Below are positions 51,538 to 62,342 of a DNA stretch of 64,000 nucleotides, in pieces. The position numbers and the translations under genes are program-made. Source of the DNA: Candidatus Poribacteria bacterium (GTDB lineage Bacteria > Poribacteria > WGA-4E > PCPOR2b); the NCBI GenBank assembly GCA_965215015.1, contig OZ244042.1:2112001-2176000 (forward strand), written 5' to 3'. The notes below the pieces were generated by a model, which saw nothing but the letters and a program-made list of their open reading frames with translations, made no database searches and was not told the DNA's origin. Positions within the stretch are counted from its first letter, which is position 1; the number at the start of each line of letters is the position of its first letter.

Positions 51538-52662
51538 CTAAACTAGCCGCCAACGGATGATCACAAAGTCGGTGTTGCCGATGCAATTGTTCCAAGAACT
51601 CACATCGCCGTAGCAGGAGCCGGTCAGCGTCAACATCTCTTCCTCATCCAGACTGATTGTCGCCGCGTAGCCAGCCGCAGTGCCGTGACTGAGGTAGTAC
51701 ACCTCGTCCCGCCACGTCTCGCCGTTGTCATGGCTTACCACTGCCCTACCGCTACTCATCTCGCGGGGGTATCGGTGGTCAGTGACCACCACCGCACGGT
51801 TGCCCGATAAGCCAACACCGTATCCGTAGCACTGCCCCAGCACCGTGGCAAGTTGACGCGGCGGTGTCCATGTCTCACCTACGTCGTCCGAATGGGCGAC
51901 GAACACATGCTTGTATGGGAATGTGTGACCGGCTGCGAGTGCACCGGTCCGTTCTAACAAATCTGGAGGATCGTCGGGCAAACTCGGACGCTGGCAGCGA
52001 ATCGCTGCCAACAGTCTACCCGTTGGCAGTTGCGCGACATTGACCTCACAGCACCACTCGCCGAGCACCGAATACTCGGACCATGTGTGTCCACCATCCC
52101 GCGAACGGTAGATGCGACATACAGCGGGCGTTATCTCAGCTGCTTCGCTGTTGCCAATCCTGTCCGCCCCCACCAGCACCGGCACCAGCAGCGTGCCGTC
52201 GTCCAGGCGGGTCATGCTGAAGCCCAACGACAGCACATCCGACGTGCCGACCTCAATCCCCCCGATTCGCTGCCATGTTCTGCCCTCATCGTGCGATTTC
52301 CATATGGTCGGTGGTGTGCCGTTGATCGGCGGCTTGACGTTTAACATGGCACCCTCGTCGTTAAATGCGATCCGCCATCCGAGGCATATATCGGGATCGC
52401 GCTGGAGGTGCTCCCACGTTTTGCCGCCATCGGTTGACCTGTGCAGCAGCGTATGTTGAGCGGCATAGATCGTCCCATTCGGTGCTTGCGTTAGGCACAG
52501 CCGCTGAGTATGTCCCTTCAGATCACGCGGCAGCCGAATCTTTTCCACAGAAACCTTCTCTAATTTTTTGTCGCGGGCGTGGAGGATATAATCCTTCGCC
52601 TGCATCGCTCGCAGTTCATCAGGTTGAATGGATACTCCGCCCATATTGTGTGTTGAGAGCAT
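51538..52662 (-). CDS. Sialidase/BNR-repeat protein
   Basis: STDGGKTW, SHDEGRTW, SRDGGHTW, SDDVGETW, SHDNGETW. Confidence 0.85.
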   Translation of the reverse strand: MLSTHNMGGVSIQPDELRAMQAKDYILHARDKKLEKVSVEKIRLPRDLKGHTQRLCLTQAPNGTIYAAQHTLLHRSTDGGKTWEHLQRDPDICLGWRIAFNDEGAMLNVKPPINGTPPTIWKSHDEGRTWQRIGGIEVGTSDVLSLGFSMTRLDDGTLLVPVLVGADRIGNSEAAEITPAVCRIYRSRDGGHTWSEYSVLGEWCCEVNVAQLPTGRLLAAIRCQRPSLPDDPPDLLERTGALAAGHTFPYKHVFVAHSDDVGETWTPPRQLATVLGQCYGYGVGLSGNRAVVVTDHRYPREMSSGRAVVSHDNGETWRDEVYYLSHGTAAGYAATISLDEEEMLTLTGSCYGDVSSWNNCIGNTDFVIIRWRLV

Positions 52663-52949
52663 GGCGTCTCCTTTCTTTAATCTGCTATTTAGGTTGACTG
52701 TTAAAATGGATTGGCGAGGGGGCTAGCTCCTATGCCCTGCGCTTCACTTACAAGTGTGCCGACAAAAGTTGTGCCTACGAGGAAAAGGATTAAGAATGTG
52801 AGGATTTGGGTAAATTTCTTGCGTCTTGATTTCACAGAAAATTTCCTTTCTTTTTTAACTGGTTCGGTGTTGTCTGAAATTTAAGAGATCGCCTGAGTAT
52901 CTATATTGGCTGCAGGGGATTCCCCCTGTTCCTTTAATATCCATAGATT

Positions 52950-53171
52950 TCAGTTCTTTCTGAAACCTTTAATTATCCAATAGATTACCAAGAAGCCAAT
53001 ATGTCCAATGGCAAAGCAGATGAGGAAAGTGGCAAAGCAGATGAGGAAAGTTTCAACCACATTGTCGTAGTAAATGATGGAGCCCCATATGATAACAGCC
53101 GGCAGGAGTGAAAGCACCAACCATAAGCGATTAAAGCCTCTGTGATAGTTGTTTAGCCATCGAATTGCCAT
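52950..53171 (-). CDS. Small two-TM membrane protein
   Basis: AAGGAG RBS; RGFNRLWLV...WIIKGF; internal 21-bp tandem repeat at 53010-53051. Confidence 0.6.
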   Translation of the reverse strand: MAIRWLNNYHRGFNRLWLVLSLLPAVIIWGSIIYYDNVVETFLICFATFLICFAIGHIGFLVIYWIIKGFRKN

Positions 53172-53282
53172 CGTTATTACTTCTCCTTTCGATATCTGAA
53201 CCGAGCGACTATGCCCCGTTTTAAGACCTCTATTTTGGCGTAAAGATTGAGAAATAACCTTGTAAAAGAGAGGGCACCAATC

Positions 53283-53525
53283 ATGAAATATGGACAAGCC
53301 CTATGTGTGGCTGCGGATATATTACATTTGGGAACCGTTTGGATAATACTCCAAGAAACAACCTATACATACAGGGTAACTCTCATAGCGTTATACGTTC
53401 TGGGTCATATAATGTCCGTTATCGGAGGCGCGATTGTACAGTATAGCATCGAAACTACGGCTGTAAGCCAGATGAACAAATTAAGGAGCACTTCTCTTGG
53501 TGCTTTGCACCTTCTTTTAACATGA
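53283..53525 (+). CDS. Small hydrophobic hypothetical protein
   Basis: 80 aa ORF with two hydrophobic segments, divergent from 52950. Confidence 0.35.
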   Translation: MKYGQALCVAADILHLGTVWIILQETTYTYRVTLIALYVLGHIMSVIGGAIVQYSIETTAVSQMNKLRSTSLGALHLLLT

Positions 53526-53869
53526 GCCCTCTCTTTTTGTACCTTTCTGCGGAAATAGAACACAGTCTCTTCCACCCCAACGATAAGCCCTACGCCACCA
53601 AGTAAGAGGAAGAATATCGCTATGATGATTCTGATTGGGGGCTATTCCGAAAAATTCATATATGTTTTTACCGCTATTATGAGCCCCCTTCACATAAATC
53701 CCCCTGTTTGTAGTAGCGCAATTCATTGCGCGTTTGTTCCTATCGGTGTCCGCCGCCGCACCTTCAATCATTTCTCAATCCGTGTCATCTGAGCCATCTG
53801 CTGAATCCCTGATTCAGACAATAATTATGAGCACCCCTTACATAAATATAAGCGGATTTATTCATATTT

Positions 53870-54050
53870 TCGCGTAACTGTAAGCACCCGTTCCAGAAAC
53901 ATGGGGAGGGACAAAAACATTTTGGCAACCCTAAAAATGGGCTATCCGGAGGCAGCGGCTCTGGGGTTGTGCCATCAAGTGTGATGAAAATACGACCGGT
54001 TCGCGCTTCAGTCAGCAAGGCCTCATGGTCGATAATACTGCCCCCCGTTC
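53870..54050 (-). pseudogene. Fragment of a D-2-hydroxyacid dehydrogenase
   Basis: GSIIDHEALL, LDGTTPEPLPPDSP, frameshifted PHVSG. Confidence 0.65.
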
Positions 54051-54097
54051 TGCTAACCCTGCTTTGGCTAAAATATCTTCCCTAATTTGACACTAAC

Positions 54098-54871
54098 TCA
54101 CCGCTTCTGGGCAGCCAACCACTCCTCATACTCTTTTCTGCCTTCTTCGTTAAACGGATAATATTTCCGCAAATCCCCGCCCTCCCGTAGTTTCATACGG
54201 ACAAAGACCTCATGCTCCTCGCGCTCACCGGCAATGCTGAGGATGCGCGGTATCAGCCGAGGCGGCACGACAATAGCCCCACCATCGTCCGCCATGATTA
54301 TATCCCCAGGATTCACCAAAACCTTGCCGCAACCGATGGGAAGGTTGAAGTCAGCGGGAAAGAGGTTTAGATGCCCCGCCCCACCGGTAGTCACAGCGGT
54401 CGACCAGACCGGCACCTTCAGTTCTCGGAAGATCGGCACAGAATCCCGGATACCAGCGTCAATGACGACACCAGTCCCGCCCTGCGCTTGAAAATAGGTC
54501 ATCAACATCTCTCCAAAGCAGCCGGTGGCGAGATCACCTCTACCATCAACCACAATCACGTCGCCAGCCCGCACTTCAAACATCACCTCCCACAGGGCGG
54601 AGGTTTTCTCACCGGCTTCCTCACCTTCAGGTTCCGATTCTTCGGAGGACGCCCCCGGTATCTGATAGCCTCTCATCTGGTCTTCGCGCTGTGGTGTGAA
54701 ACGGAGCGTCAGTGCGGGACCAACAATTTTACTCCCGGGCACACGAGCAATGGGACCCTCCATAAAGGTTCGGCGCACACCCAACGCTTCCATAGTGGAG
54801 GTGACAGCATCGGTTCCTAACTCATACAACGCCTCGATGATTCCAGGTGCGGGTCGTTTGATAGTGGACAT
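54098..54871 (-). CDS. RraA/HMG-aldolase family protein
   Basis: GPALTLRF, GCFGE, G.VID.GIRD, V.PGDII.ADD.G. Confidence 0.88.
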   Translation of the reverse strand: MSTIKRPAPGIIEALYELGTDAVTSTMEALGVRRTFMEGPIARVPGSKIVGPALTLRFTPQREDQMRGYQIPGASSEESEPEGEEAGEKTSALWEVMFEVRAGDVIVVDGRGDLATGCFGEMLMTYFQAQGGTGVVIDAGIRDSVPIFRELKVPVWSTAVTTGGAGHLNLFPADFNLPIGCGKVLVNPGDIIMADDGGAIVVPPRLIPRILSIAGEREEHEVFVRMKLREGGDLRKYYPFNEEGRKEYEEWLAAQKR

Positions 54872-55313
54872 ATTACACTCCTCTAAACCTGCTCACAGAT
54901 TGGCGGATTTCACAGGCGGGCTGGACAGCAAGGGGGATTAGGTCATTGACACCGTCTGTCAAATTCGCGATTAGATTTTCCTCACTGACTTTAGAAATAT
55001 ACGACAGCCATTTTACTCCTTTGTTATGCTTGGGTCAACAGCAAAAATCACCTCGAAAAAACGTACACATTTTCCACGCGAAAATGGAAGTATGGTTTCT
55101 AGGTTCCATTGACATTAACGATTGTGTGGTTTACGGCACGCGGATTGTTCCTACTGCTTTATGAGCACTCCTCATTTATATTTTAACGGCGGCATGTCAA
55201 TTTGTCAAAGGTCAACAGCTCCAGATGGATGGTGGCAAAAATTCTGCTTTTCGATCTCTTTTTCGACTCATTTCTGTTACAATATCAAAAACCAGCAAGG
55301 AGGGTATTTGCCA

Positions 55314-56780
55314 ATGATATCTGTCGCTTCCGCAATGCTTACACTATCAAGAGACTCAGTTACACAAGTGGTTTCACCGATTGACATCGGCGATCGGTTG
55401 GAACTGTTCGTTGACGATTATCTGATTGATGAAATGTCCGGCTCAACGCAAAGATTACACCATCCGCAACCACAAGACGTTGCCTGTGTTCATGATAACC
55501 CATGGGAGGGTAGCACCTGCGGCTATAAAACTGTGTTTCAAGACGGTAATCTTTACCGGATGTATTACCGGGGGAGTCACGTCATTTATACAACCGAAGG
55601 CTTTGACGATCCTCACCCGCAGGTAGTCTGCTACGCCGAAAGCCACGATGGAATACACTGGACCAAGCCGGAGCTCGGCTTGATCGCGTTCGATGGTGGG
55701 AAGCAGAACAACATCATCTGGGAAGGAGTTGGATCACACAACTTCGCACCTTTTAAGGACGAGAATCCCGATTGCAAGCCGGACGAAAAGTACAAGGCAC
55801 TCGGCTCAGGTGAGGGTGGTTTATATGCTTTCAAGTCTGCCGATGGCATCCACTGGGCACTCATGAACGATGAACCAGTCATTACCAAAGGGGCGTTTGA
55901 CTCACAGAACCTCGCCTTTTGGGATAGGGTGCGCGGCGAATACCGTGAATACCATCGCGATTTTCGTCAGGGACGCGATATCCGCACAGGGACATCAAAA
56001 AATTTTCTCAATTGGTCTGAGCCTGAATGGCTGGACTATTCGCCCAGCCGGGTCAGCGAACTCTACACGAATCAGATTATTCCATACTACCGTGCCCCGC
56101 ACATCTTCCTCGGCTTTCCAACCCGATACACCGATCGGGGATGGGCAGAATCGACGAAAGCTTTGCCGCAACTTGAGTATCGCCGCCTCCGAGGCTATGT
56201 GTCCCAGCGCGAGGGAACAGCGGTGACGGATGGAATGTTCATGAGCAGTCGGGATGGACACCATTTCAACATTTGGCCCGAATCGTTTATCCGTCCCGGA
56301 CTGCGGTTGAGGGGTAACTGGTTCTACGGCGACAACTATCAAAATTGGGGATTGGTGGAGACAAAGTCGCACATTGAGGGCGCGCCCGATGAGATTTCCA
56401 TCTATGCCAGCGAAGATTCGCATCAGGGTCCCGATTGTCGCTGGCGGCGTTACACGCTCCGAATTGATGGATTTGTCTCAATGCAGGCACCGTTAAGCGG
56501 TGGGGAATTTGTAACAAAGCCTCTAATCTTCAAAGGGGACCATCTCGCCATTAACTTCTCAACCTCTGGGGTGGGCAGTATTCAGGCCGAAGTTCAGGAT
56601 GCGTCTGGCGACGCCATCCCCGGCTTCAGATTGGACGATTGTCCAGAGGTTTTTGGTGATGACCTCGAACGGATAGTAACGTGGAAGAATGGGGCGGAAG
56701 TCAGTCGGCTTTCAGGGCAGCCCCTCCGGCTGCGATTTCTGTTAAAGGACGCAGACCTCTATTCGATTCGGTTCAGTTAA
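55314..56780 (+). CDS. Beta-propeller glycoside hydrolase-like hypothetical protein
   Basis: LELFVDDYLI, YAESHDGIHWTKP, FDSQN, LRIDGFVS, ADLYS; AGGAGG RBS. Confidence 0.7.
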   Translation: MISVASAMLTLSRDSVTQVVSPIDIGDRLELFVDDYLIDEMSGSTQRLHHPQPQDVACVHDNPWEGSTCGYKTVFQDGNLYRMYYRGSHVIYTTEGFDDPHPQVVCYAESHDGIHWTKPELGLIAFDGGKQNNIIWEGVGSHNFAPFKDENPDCKPDEKYKALGSGEGGLYAFKSADGIHWALMNDEPVITKGAFDSQNLAFWDRVRGEYREYHRDFRQGRDIRTGTSKNFLNWSEPEWLDYSPSRVSELYTNQIIPYYRAPHIFLGFPTRYTDRGWAESTKALPQLEYRRLRGYVSQREGTAVTDGMFMSSRDGHHFNIWPESFIRPGLRLRGNWFYGDNYQNWGLVETKSHIEGAPDEISIYASEDSHQGPDCRWRRYTLRIDGFVSMQAPLSGGEFVTKPLIFKGDHLAINFSTSGVGSIQAEVQDASGDAIPGFRLDDCPEVFGDDLERIVTWKNGAEVSRLSGQPLRLRFLLKDADLYSIRFS

Positions 56781-56801
56781 TCCATCGAATTTTACAGTAG
56801 A

Positions 56802-56965
56802 TAGGAACTTACGCGGTTCAACCCTCAAAGCCGTGTCGAGCGGCGATAAATCGCCGAACGACACCTTTGCCAACGCCCGATGAATCGGGCAACTACAGCA
56901 AGAGCGCCATTAAGGAATCCGTAGTGAACACCGATTGTTGTTCACTGCGGAAGTGCGTAACTCCT
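56802..56965. mobile_element. MITE family A
   Basis: TAGGAACTTACGCG...GTGCGTAACTCCT; inverted homolog of the 59190 copy. Confidence 0.75.
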
Positions 56966-57063
56966 TAAGTAGATATAAAATAGAGGAACCAAGTTTTTGA
57001 CAAAAACTCGGTTTCTACGCTTGTGCTTGCCGACGTAGCAGACTCGGATTAAATTACGTTGAG

Positions 57064-58086
57064 TTATGGGATAGGTGCGTCTTCACGCAGCAGCCCTTCA
57101 GCCTTTAGCTCGCTCCAAAGATTTGCAGGGATGGGATGTTTAAATATTTCGACATTCGATTGAACGTGCTCTGGCATGAGAGCCCCCGGAATGGCTGCGG
57201 CGACGATTGGATGTGCTAGTGGGAACTGTAGTGCTGCTGCCCGCAGCGGCACGTTATGCCGATCGCAGACAGCTTGGATGCGCCGCGTTTTTTCCAATAC
57301 TTCAGGAGGTGCCGGGGCGTAGGCGTAATACGCATTCTCCGTCGCACCTGTCGCTAGAATGCCGGAGGCAAACACTGCGCCAATCACCACGCCGATACCG
57401 CGTTCCTCGCACTGTGGAAATTCAGCGTCCAAGACATCCTGATCTAATAGCGTATATGGCATCGCAACGATAAAGAAATCAAGGTCTACCATTTCCAAAA
57501 AGCGTGGGATAGTGCCCATCTGATTCACACCAGCTCCCACCCCTTTGATTTGCCCGGTGGAACGCAGTTCCTCAAGCGCGCGCCAACCGCTAGTACCGAG
57601 CTGCACCATGTGAGCGTTGATTCGCGTATCGTTCACGTGAAATAGGTGGTCGAGATCGTGGATGAGCAGGAGATCGACGGAATTCAGACTGAGCCGCTGA
57701 AGGCTGTCTTCGTAGGAACGCATAATCCCGTCGTAGCTATAGTCAAAATAGAGATCGAAAGGCAATCCCCCAGCCCACATCCCTTTGTCGAAATGATCGA
57801 GGTCACGCGTTGCCCGCAGCACACGCCCGATTTTCGTAGAAAGCACAAAATCCTTACGTGGTTGCTGGCGGAGAAAATGTCCGAAACGATGTTCGCTTTT
57901 CCCGTAACCGTAGAACGGTGCTGTATCAAAGTAGCGCAAGCCGGCCTTCCATGCTGCTTGCAGTGTGGTCTGTGCTTGCGTTTCGCTGAGAATCTCAAAG
58001 AGATCTCCTAGCGGTGCCCCGCCGAAACCTAATTGGGTTAAAGGGACCCCTGTACTTCCTAAGTGGTTTGTTGTTATGTTACCCAT
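57064..58086 (-). CDS. Aldo/keto reductase (D-threo-aldose 1-dehydrogenase-like)
   Basis: GFGGAPLG, FDTAPFYGYG.SE, LSTKIG, IHD. Confidence 0.92.
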   Translation of the reverse strand: MGNITTNHLGSTGVPLTQLGFGGAPLGDLFEILSETQAQTTLQAAWKAGLRYFDTAPFYGYGKSEHRFGHFLRQQPRKDFVLSTKIGRVLRATRDLDHFDKGMWAGGLPFDLYFDYSYDGIMRSYEDSLQRLSLNSVDLLLIHDLDHLFHVNDTRINAHMVQLGTSGWRALEELRSTGQIKGVGAGVNQMGTIPRFLEMVDLDFFIVAMPYTLLDQDVLDAEFPQCEERGIGVVIGAVFASGILATGATENAYYAYAPAPPEVLEKTRRIQAVCDRHNVPLRAAALQFPLAHPIVAAAIPGALMPEHVQSNVEIFKHPIPANLWSELKAEGLLREDAPIP

Positions 58087-58226
58087 TTACATCCCTCCAA
58101 GCTAAGTTGGTATTTGTTATTAGTAAGATGATCCCCAATTCGTATCTTAGATACCAATGATTTTCTCACAACCCTCGCCAGATTTCAAGCATTTTTTAAG
58201 TCAAGCGATTCCTCGCGAGGATAAAA

Positions 58227-58949
58227 TTAAAGATTCGCGTCAAATCGATAAGTTGGTTCCCAACCTAGCAGCCTTTCTGTCCGTGCCACATCCCCTTTTT
58301 TATAACCCCCTGGTGTAGCGAATATGTAAAAACATTCGTAGCCGATATTCGGTGCCTCTAGGGCACATTGCAGCGCGAACGCAACATCTCGTCTATCAAT
58401 CGTGCCAAAATAGTAGCCGTTTACAGGATGACCGTCAGTCGTAATCATTTTATCTGAATCAATAATACCCCATGGACGGATACAGGCGATGGAAAGGCCA
58501 TATTGTTCATGATAATTTCGGGCGAGTTCTTCTTGCAGCAGCTTGGAAAGATCGTAAGAGCTGGAGGCTTTCAGAGGATATAGATCGTGGGTGAGGAAAG
58601 TATCCTCCGGATAGCCACCATGGACCGCTCCACTGGATGTATGGACGAATCGCTGGATCTCACAGACACGGGCGGCTTCAAGAAGGTTGAATATACCCCG
58701 TACATTAATATCAAAGCCTGGACCCTCCATGTCGTAACTACCATTGGGGGCCATAATCGTGTTCACGACCGCGTCATGACCAGCCATTACAGCTTCAAGC
58801 GTCGTATAGTCAAGTACATCCCCTTGAACGATATTGTCGTAACCGTCCACCGGACGAATGTCAAAGGCAGTCACTTCATGGTCCTGGCTCAAAATATTGA
58901 CCGCAGCGCATCCCACAAAGCCGGCTGCGCCTGTCAGCAGTATTTTCAT
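58227..58949 (-). CDS. NAD-dependent epimerase/dehydratase family protein
   Basis: TGAAGFVG, TSS, YDLSK. Confidence 0.88.
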   Translation of the reverse strand: MKILLTGAAGFVGCAAVNILSQDHEVTAFDIRPVDGYDNIVQGDVLDYTTLEAVMAGHDAVVNTIMAPNGSYDMEGPGFDINVRGIFNLLEAARVCEIQRFVHTSSGAVHGGYPEDTFLTHDLYPLKASSSYDLSKLLQEELARNYHEQYGLSIACIRPWGIIDSDKMITTDGHPVNGYYFGTIDRRDVAFALQCALEAPNIGYECFYIFATPGGYKKGDVARTERLLGWEPTYRFDANL

Positions 58950-59189
58950 AATTGTAATTTCCTCAATTTTATATGCTAGATTACTCACGCAAAGGTTAGG
59001 GACTGTTCACATGCTGCATGTTTCAAGTTTGTCTAACACATTATTGGTTATAACCTCTTAGCTTGTCAAGAGATTCACCGACGAGGTTGTTAGGAGGCAT
59101 AATTTTTCCGTTGACGCGATGCCCAAGCATCTGTATTATAGAGACCCTTGAGGTGAAAACCTCACAGAGGAACGCAATGTAAAAAGAAA

Positions 59190-59317
59190 TAGGAGTTACG
59201 CACTTCAGTATGGATTCTCTGCTGTAGTTGCCCGATTCATCGGGCGTTGTCAATGGTGTCGTTCAGCGATTTATCGCCGCTTGACACGGCTTTGAGGGTT
59301 GAACCGCGTAAGTCCTA
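59190..59317. mobile_element. MITE family A (short form)
   Basis: TAGGAGTTACGCA...GCGTAAGTCCTA with GTAGTTGCCCGATTCATCGGGC. Confidence 0.82.
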
Positions 59318-59447
59318 AAGAAAGGGCAACGTACGAAGAGAAACCGTAGGGGCGCGGCCACCCCGACCACACTTGTCAAAAACCCGAATTCTATGGCACG
59401 ATTTCTTAACATGGGCGCAAAATAAAACCAAAGGAAGCCAAGCAATA

Positions 59448-60254
59448 ATGGAAAACAGCGGAACGCGATTAGCAGGCAAAGTTGCTATTGTCACCGGAGC
59501 AGGGAGCCGTACCCCGGTGGAGGGCGTTGGACGAGCGACATCAATTCTTTTTACTAGGCAAGGTGCTAAGGTCTTGCTGGTGGACCGGAATCTCTCAAAT
59601 GCGGAGAAAACCCTTGCTGTGGTTGAGAAAGAAGGCGGGGAGGCGTCAATTTGCGTTGCTGACGTTTCCCAAAACGACGACTGCCAAGCGATGGTTGAAG
59701 CGGCCGTTGAGCGATACGGTGAGTTGCATATCCTATTTAATAGTGCCGCTATCGGCGGGGCAGGAACCGTTGTTGATGTAGATCCAGAGGTCTGGGATGA
59801 TGTAATGGCGGTTAATCTCAAGGGTATGATGCTAGCATCTAAGCACGCTATTCCCAAGATGATTGAAGCAGGTGGGGGCTCAATTATCAATATCGCTTCA
59901 ATTGATGGACTGCGAGCGAATATTTGGCGCAACATCCCCTACGCTGTATCGAAAGGCGGTGCGGTTTCCTTGACGCGCAATATGGCGGTACATCATGGAC
60001 GAGATAACATTCGGGTCAACTGCATCGCGCCGGGGCACATTTACGCCCCAATGACGACCGGCATTTCCGATGAGCTGCGCGATCTCCGCCGTCGATCGGG
60101 TCCTTTGGGGACAGAAGGTACTGCTTGGGATATTGCGTGGGCAGGACTATTCCTCGCTAGCGATGAATCCCGTTGGATTTCCGGAGTGCTGCTTCCCATT
60201 GATGCTGGGCTGCTTGCAACAACGCCGCTGGCGATGTTGTCCCATTTACAGTGA
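59448..60254 (+). CDS. SDR-family oxidoreductase
   Basis: GKVAIVTGAG, NIAS, YAVSK, IRVNCIAPG. Confidence 0.93.
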   Translation: MENSGTRLAGKVAIVTGAGSRTPVEGVGRATSILFTRQGAKVLLVDRNLSNAEKTLAVVEKEGGEASICVADVSQNDDCQAMVEAAVERYGELHILFNSAAIGGAGTVVDVDPEVWDDVMAVNLKGMMLASKHAIPKMIEAGGGSIINIASIDGLRANIWRNIPYAVSKGGAVSLTRNMAVHHGRDNIRVNCIAPGHIYAPMTTGISDELRDLRRRSGPLGTEGTAWDIAWAGLFLASDESRWISGVLLPIDAGLLATTPLAMLSHLQ

Positions 60255-60374
60255 TGGCCCCCCCCTTAGTCAGAAGAAGACACGCAGGGGTGATATAGAA
60301 TCAGTCGGAACCGCTGAGGGCTTCATCAATGCCTACCTGGTAGAATTCTCCTGCAAGCGAAAGATGTTAGCAAT

Positions 60375-61175
60375 ATGCAAGGAACCAATCAGCTTTTTGA
60401 TCATCCCAAACCGATCATCGGCGTGATTCATCTGCCCCCGCTAATCGGCAGTCCCCAATCGAGGCAGCTTTTCCGCGAAATTCGTGCCCGTGCACTTTCA
60501 GATGCAAGAACGTTAATTGATAATGGAATTGATGGGGTTATCATTGAGAATTATGGAGATGCACCCTTCTATCCGGATAGTGTTGAACCTCATACCGTTG
60601 CGGCACTAACACTTGTTGCGAACGAAATCCGGGAACGTCATTCGCAGACACCGATCGGGCTCAACGTCCTGCGCAACGACGCGAAATCGGCGATCGCAAT
60701 CGCGACGGTTACGGACGCAAATTTTATCCGTGTGAACGTGCACACCGGCGCGATGCTCACCGACCAAGGTATTATCCAAGGAAGGGCGCACGAAACCTTA
60801 CGCTACCGATCCACCCTCAAAAGCAAGGTTAAAATTTTCGCCGATATTGCCGTGAAACATGCCGTGCCACTTGCATCAACCGATATCCTCACCAGTGCGG
60901 AGGATACGTATCATCGCGGACTCGCGGACGCACTGATCGTTACGGGAACGGCAACTGGCAAAAGGGCAGATCTCGGTCAATTAAAAACTGTGAAATCAAG
61001 AGTCCCGCAAGCCAGCGTTTTCGCTGGCAGCGGGGTGACAATTAATAACCTCACCGAGGTGTTGCAGCATGCGGACGGCGTTATTGTCGGCACCTCAATC
61101 AAACACAAGGGTGTGACTACAAACGAAGTTGATCCCGACCGCGTACGCGCACTGATCAAAGCACGTGAAGAATAG
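60375..61175 (+). CDS. BtpA/SgcQ family protein
   Basis: IGVIHL, ENYGDAPF, GLNVLRND, ADIAVKHA, VTG.ATG, GSGVT. Confidence 0.92.
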   Translation: MQGTNQLFDHPKPIIGVIHLPPLIGSPQSRQLFREIRARALSDARTLIDNGIDGVIIENYGDAPFYPDSVEPHTVAALTLVANEIRERHSQTPIGLNVLRNDAKSAIAIATVTDANFIRVNVHTGAMLTDQGIIQGRAHETLRYRSTLKSKVKIFADIAVKHAVPLASTDILTSAEDTYHRGLADALIVTGTATGKRADLGQLKTVKSRVPQASVFAGSGVTINNLTEVLQHADGVIVGTSIKHKGVTTNEVDPDRVRALIKAREE

Positions 61176-61225
61176 ATGTTTCCAGAGATCTGAGACCTAC
61201 ATCACGGCGGATACGGACTGTTGAA

Positions 61226-62128
61226 TCACGCTGCCAATGCCTTCATGAGATCGGCGTGGGCAAGATGCCAATCCTCGATATGGTTGAGGAGCACCGCAGA
61301 AGTCAATGTGCTGTCATCTTCGCGTCCGACGGTCGCGTGAATCTCTATCCGTTTCGCGTCTCTATGGGTACGGTTGCGGATAAAGGTGTTCCATTCATCG
61401 GCTTTTTCCCGATCAATTTCACCGCCATTCTGTTCTAACACCCATGCTTCAAACTGAGTGTAGCTCGGGAGGTTTTCACGGATGTAGGCAACAGCATTAG
61501 TGGGTGCGATTTGGAGCACGCGTAAGACTCGCGGATCCAAGCCGTTTTCTGTCATGTCCGGATAGTCGGGATGGAGGCGACCTTTCGCTTTCAACCAAAC
61601 TTTGAGCCACGTCCGAGGTAACTGGCAGACCTCCAAAGTGCCGTAATCGATATTCGCAATCAGCGGTACAACGCGCCCTGTGAGTGCCGCGAAATCATCG
61701 TCCAAGTGACGGTCATAGAAGAGCTGCCAATCCTGTAGGTTGTTCAGGATTACAGCGGACGTGATGCCGGCACCATCAGGAAGCCCGATGTCATTATACG
61801 TCTCTTCAATTTTCGCCGGGCGGTGATCACGGGAACGGACTCGTTCGTTCCAATCCGCCACTGCCTGTTGGTCAATCTTCCCACCCTTTTGCTGGAGAAT
61901 CCATGCCTCAAATTCGAGATAGTTCGGCATATTATCTCGCAGGTAGGAGAGTGTCGTTTCTTTGTCTAAATCCAAAACTTCGAGGATTGATGTGTCAAGC
62001 CCACCGCTGCAGTCTGGATATTCCGCATCGAGCAGTCCGGCCTTTCTAAGGGTGACTTTCCACCAGAACCGTGGGAGTTGGCAGGCTCCTAAGGGACCAT
62101 AGCCGATGTTACTGATAAGGGGAACCAT
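61226..62128 (-). CDS. Protein with two tandem DUF5069-like domains
   Basis: Internal repeat VPLI.NI.YG.L..CQLPR.W.KV...YPD...GLD occurs twice. Confidence 0.7.
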   Translation of the reverse strand: MVPLISNIGYGPLGACQLPRFWWKVTLRKAGLLDAEYPDCSGGLDTSILEVLDLDKETTLSYLRDNMPNYLEFEAWILQQKGGKIDQQAVADWNERVRSRDHRPAKIEETYNDIGLPDGAGITSAVILNNLQDWQLFYDRHLDDDFAALTGRVVPLIANIDYGTLEVCQLPRTWLKVWLKAKGRLHPDYPDMTENGLDPRVLRVLQIAPTNAVAYIRENLPSYTQFEAWVLEQNGGEIDREKADEWNTFIRNRTHRDAKRIEIHATVGREDDSTLTSAVLLNHIEDWHLAHADLMKALAA

Positions 62129-62257
62129 ATTATGCTCCTTGTCTTAATTTGATGTTTGTAAATTCGATCTCAACTCATCTCACTCCAAAGGTTGTTTGGT
62201 TCACTGTATCATAATTTTACTGACTGGATCAACCCCAGATTGAGTTTTCATTTAACC

Positions 62258-62286
62258 TTGACAATGCAGCACGTTTAGCATATGCT
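62258..62286 (+). promoter_or_regulatory. Sigma70-like promoter for the moaB-like gene
   Basis: TTGACA-17 bp-TATGCT. Confidence 0.55.
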
Positions 62287-62342
62287 ATATCAACCGGATT
62301 TTAAATAAATTTCTACAGTGTTCAATTCTGAGGAGAACAGAG

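Noticed and set aside
53010-53051. 21-bp tandem repeat as a contingency locus
   Set aside because: Only two in-frame copies; most simply a single slippage event.
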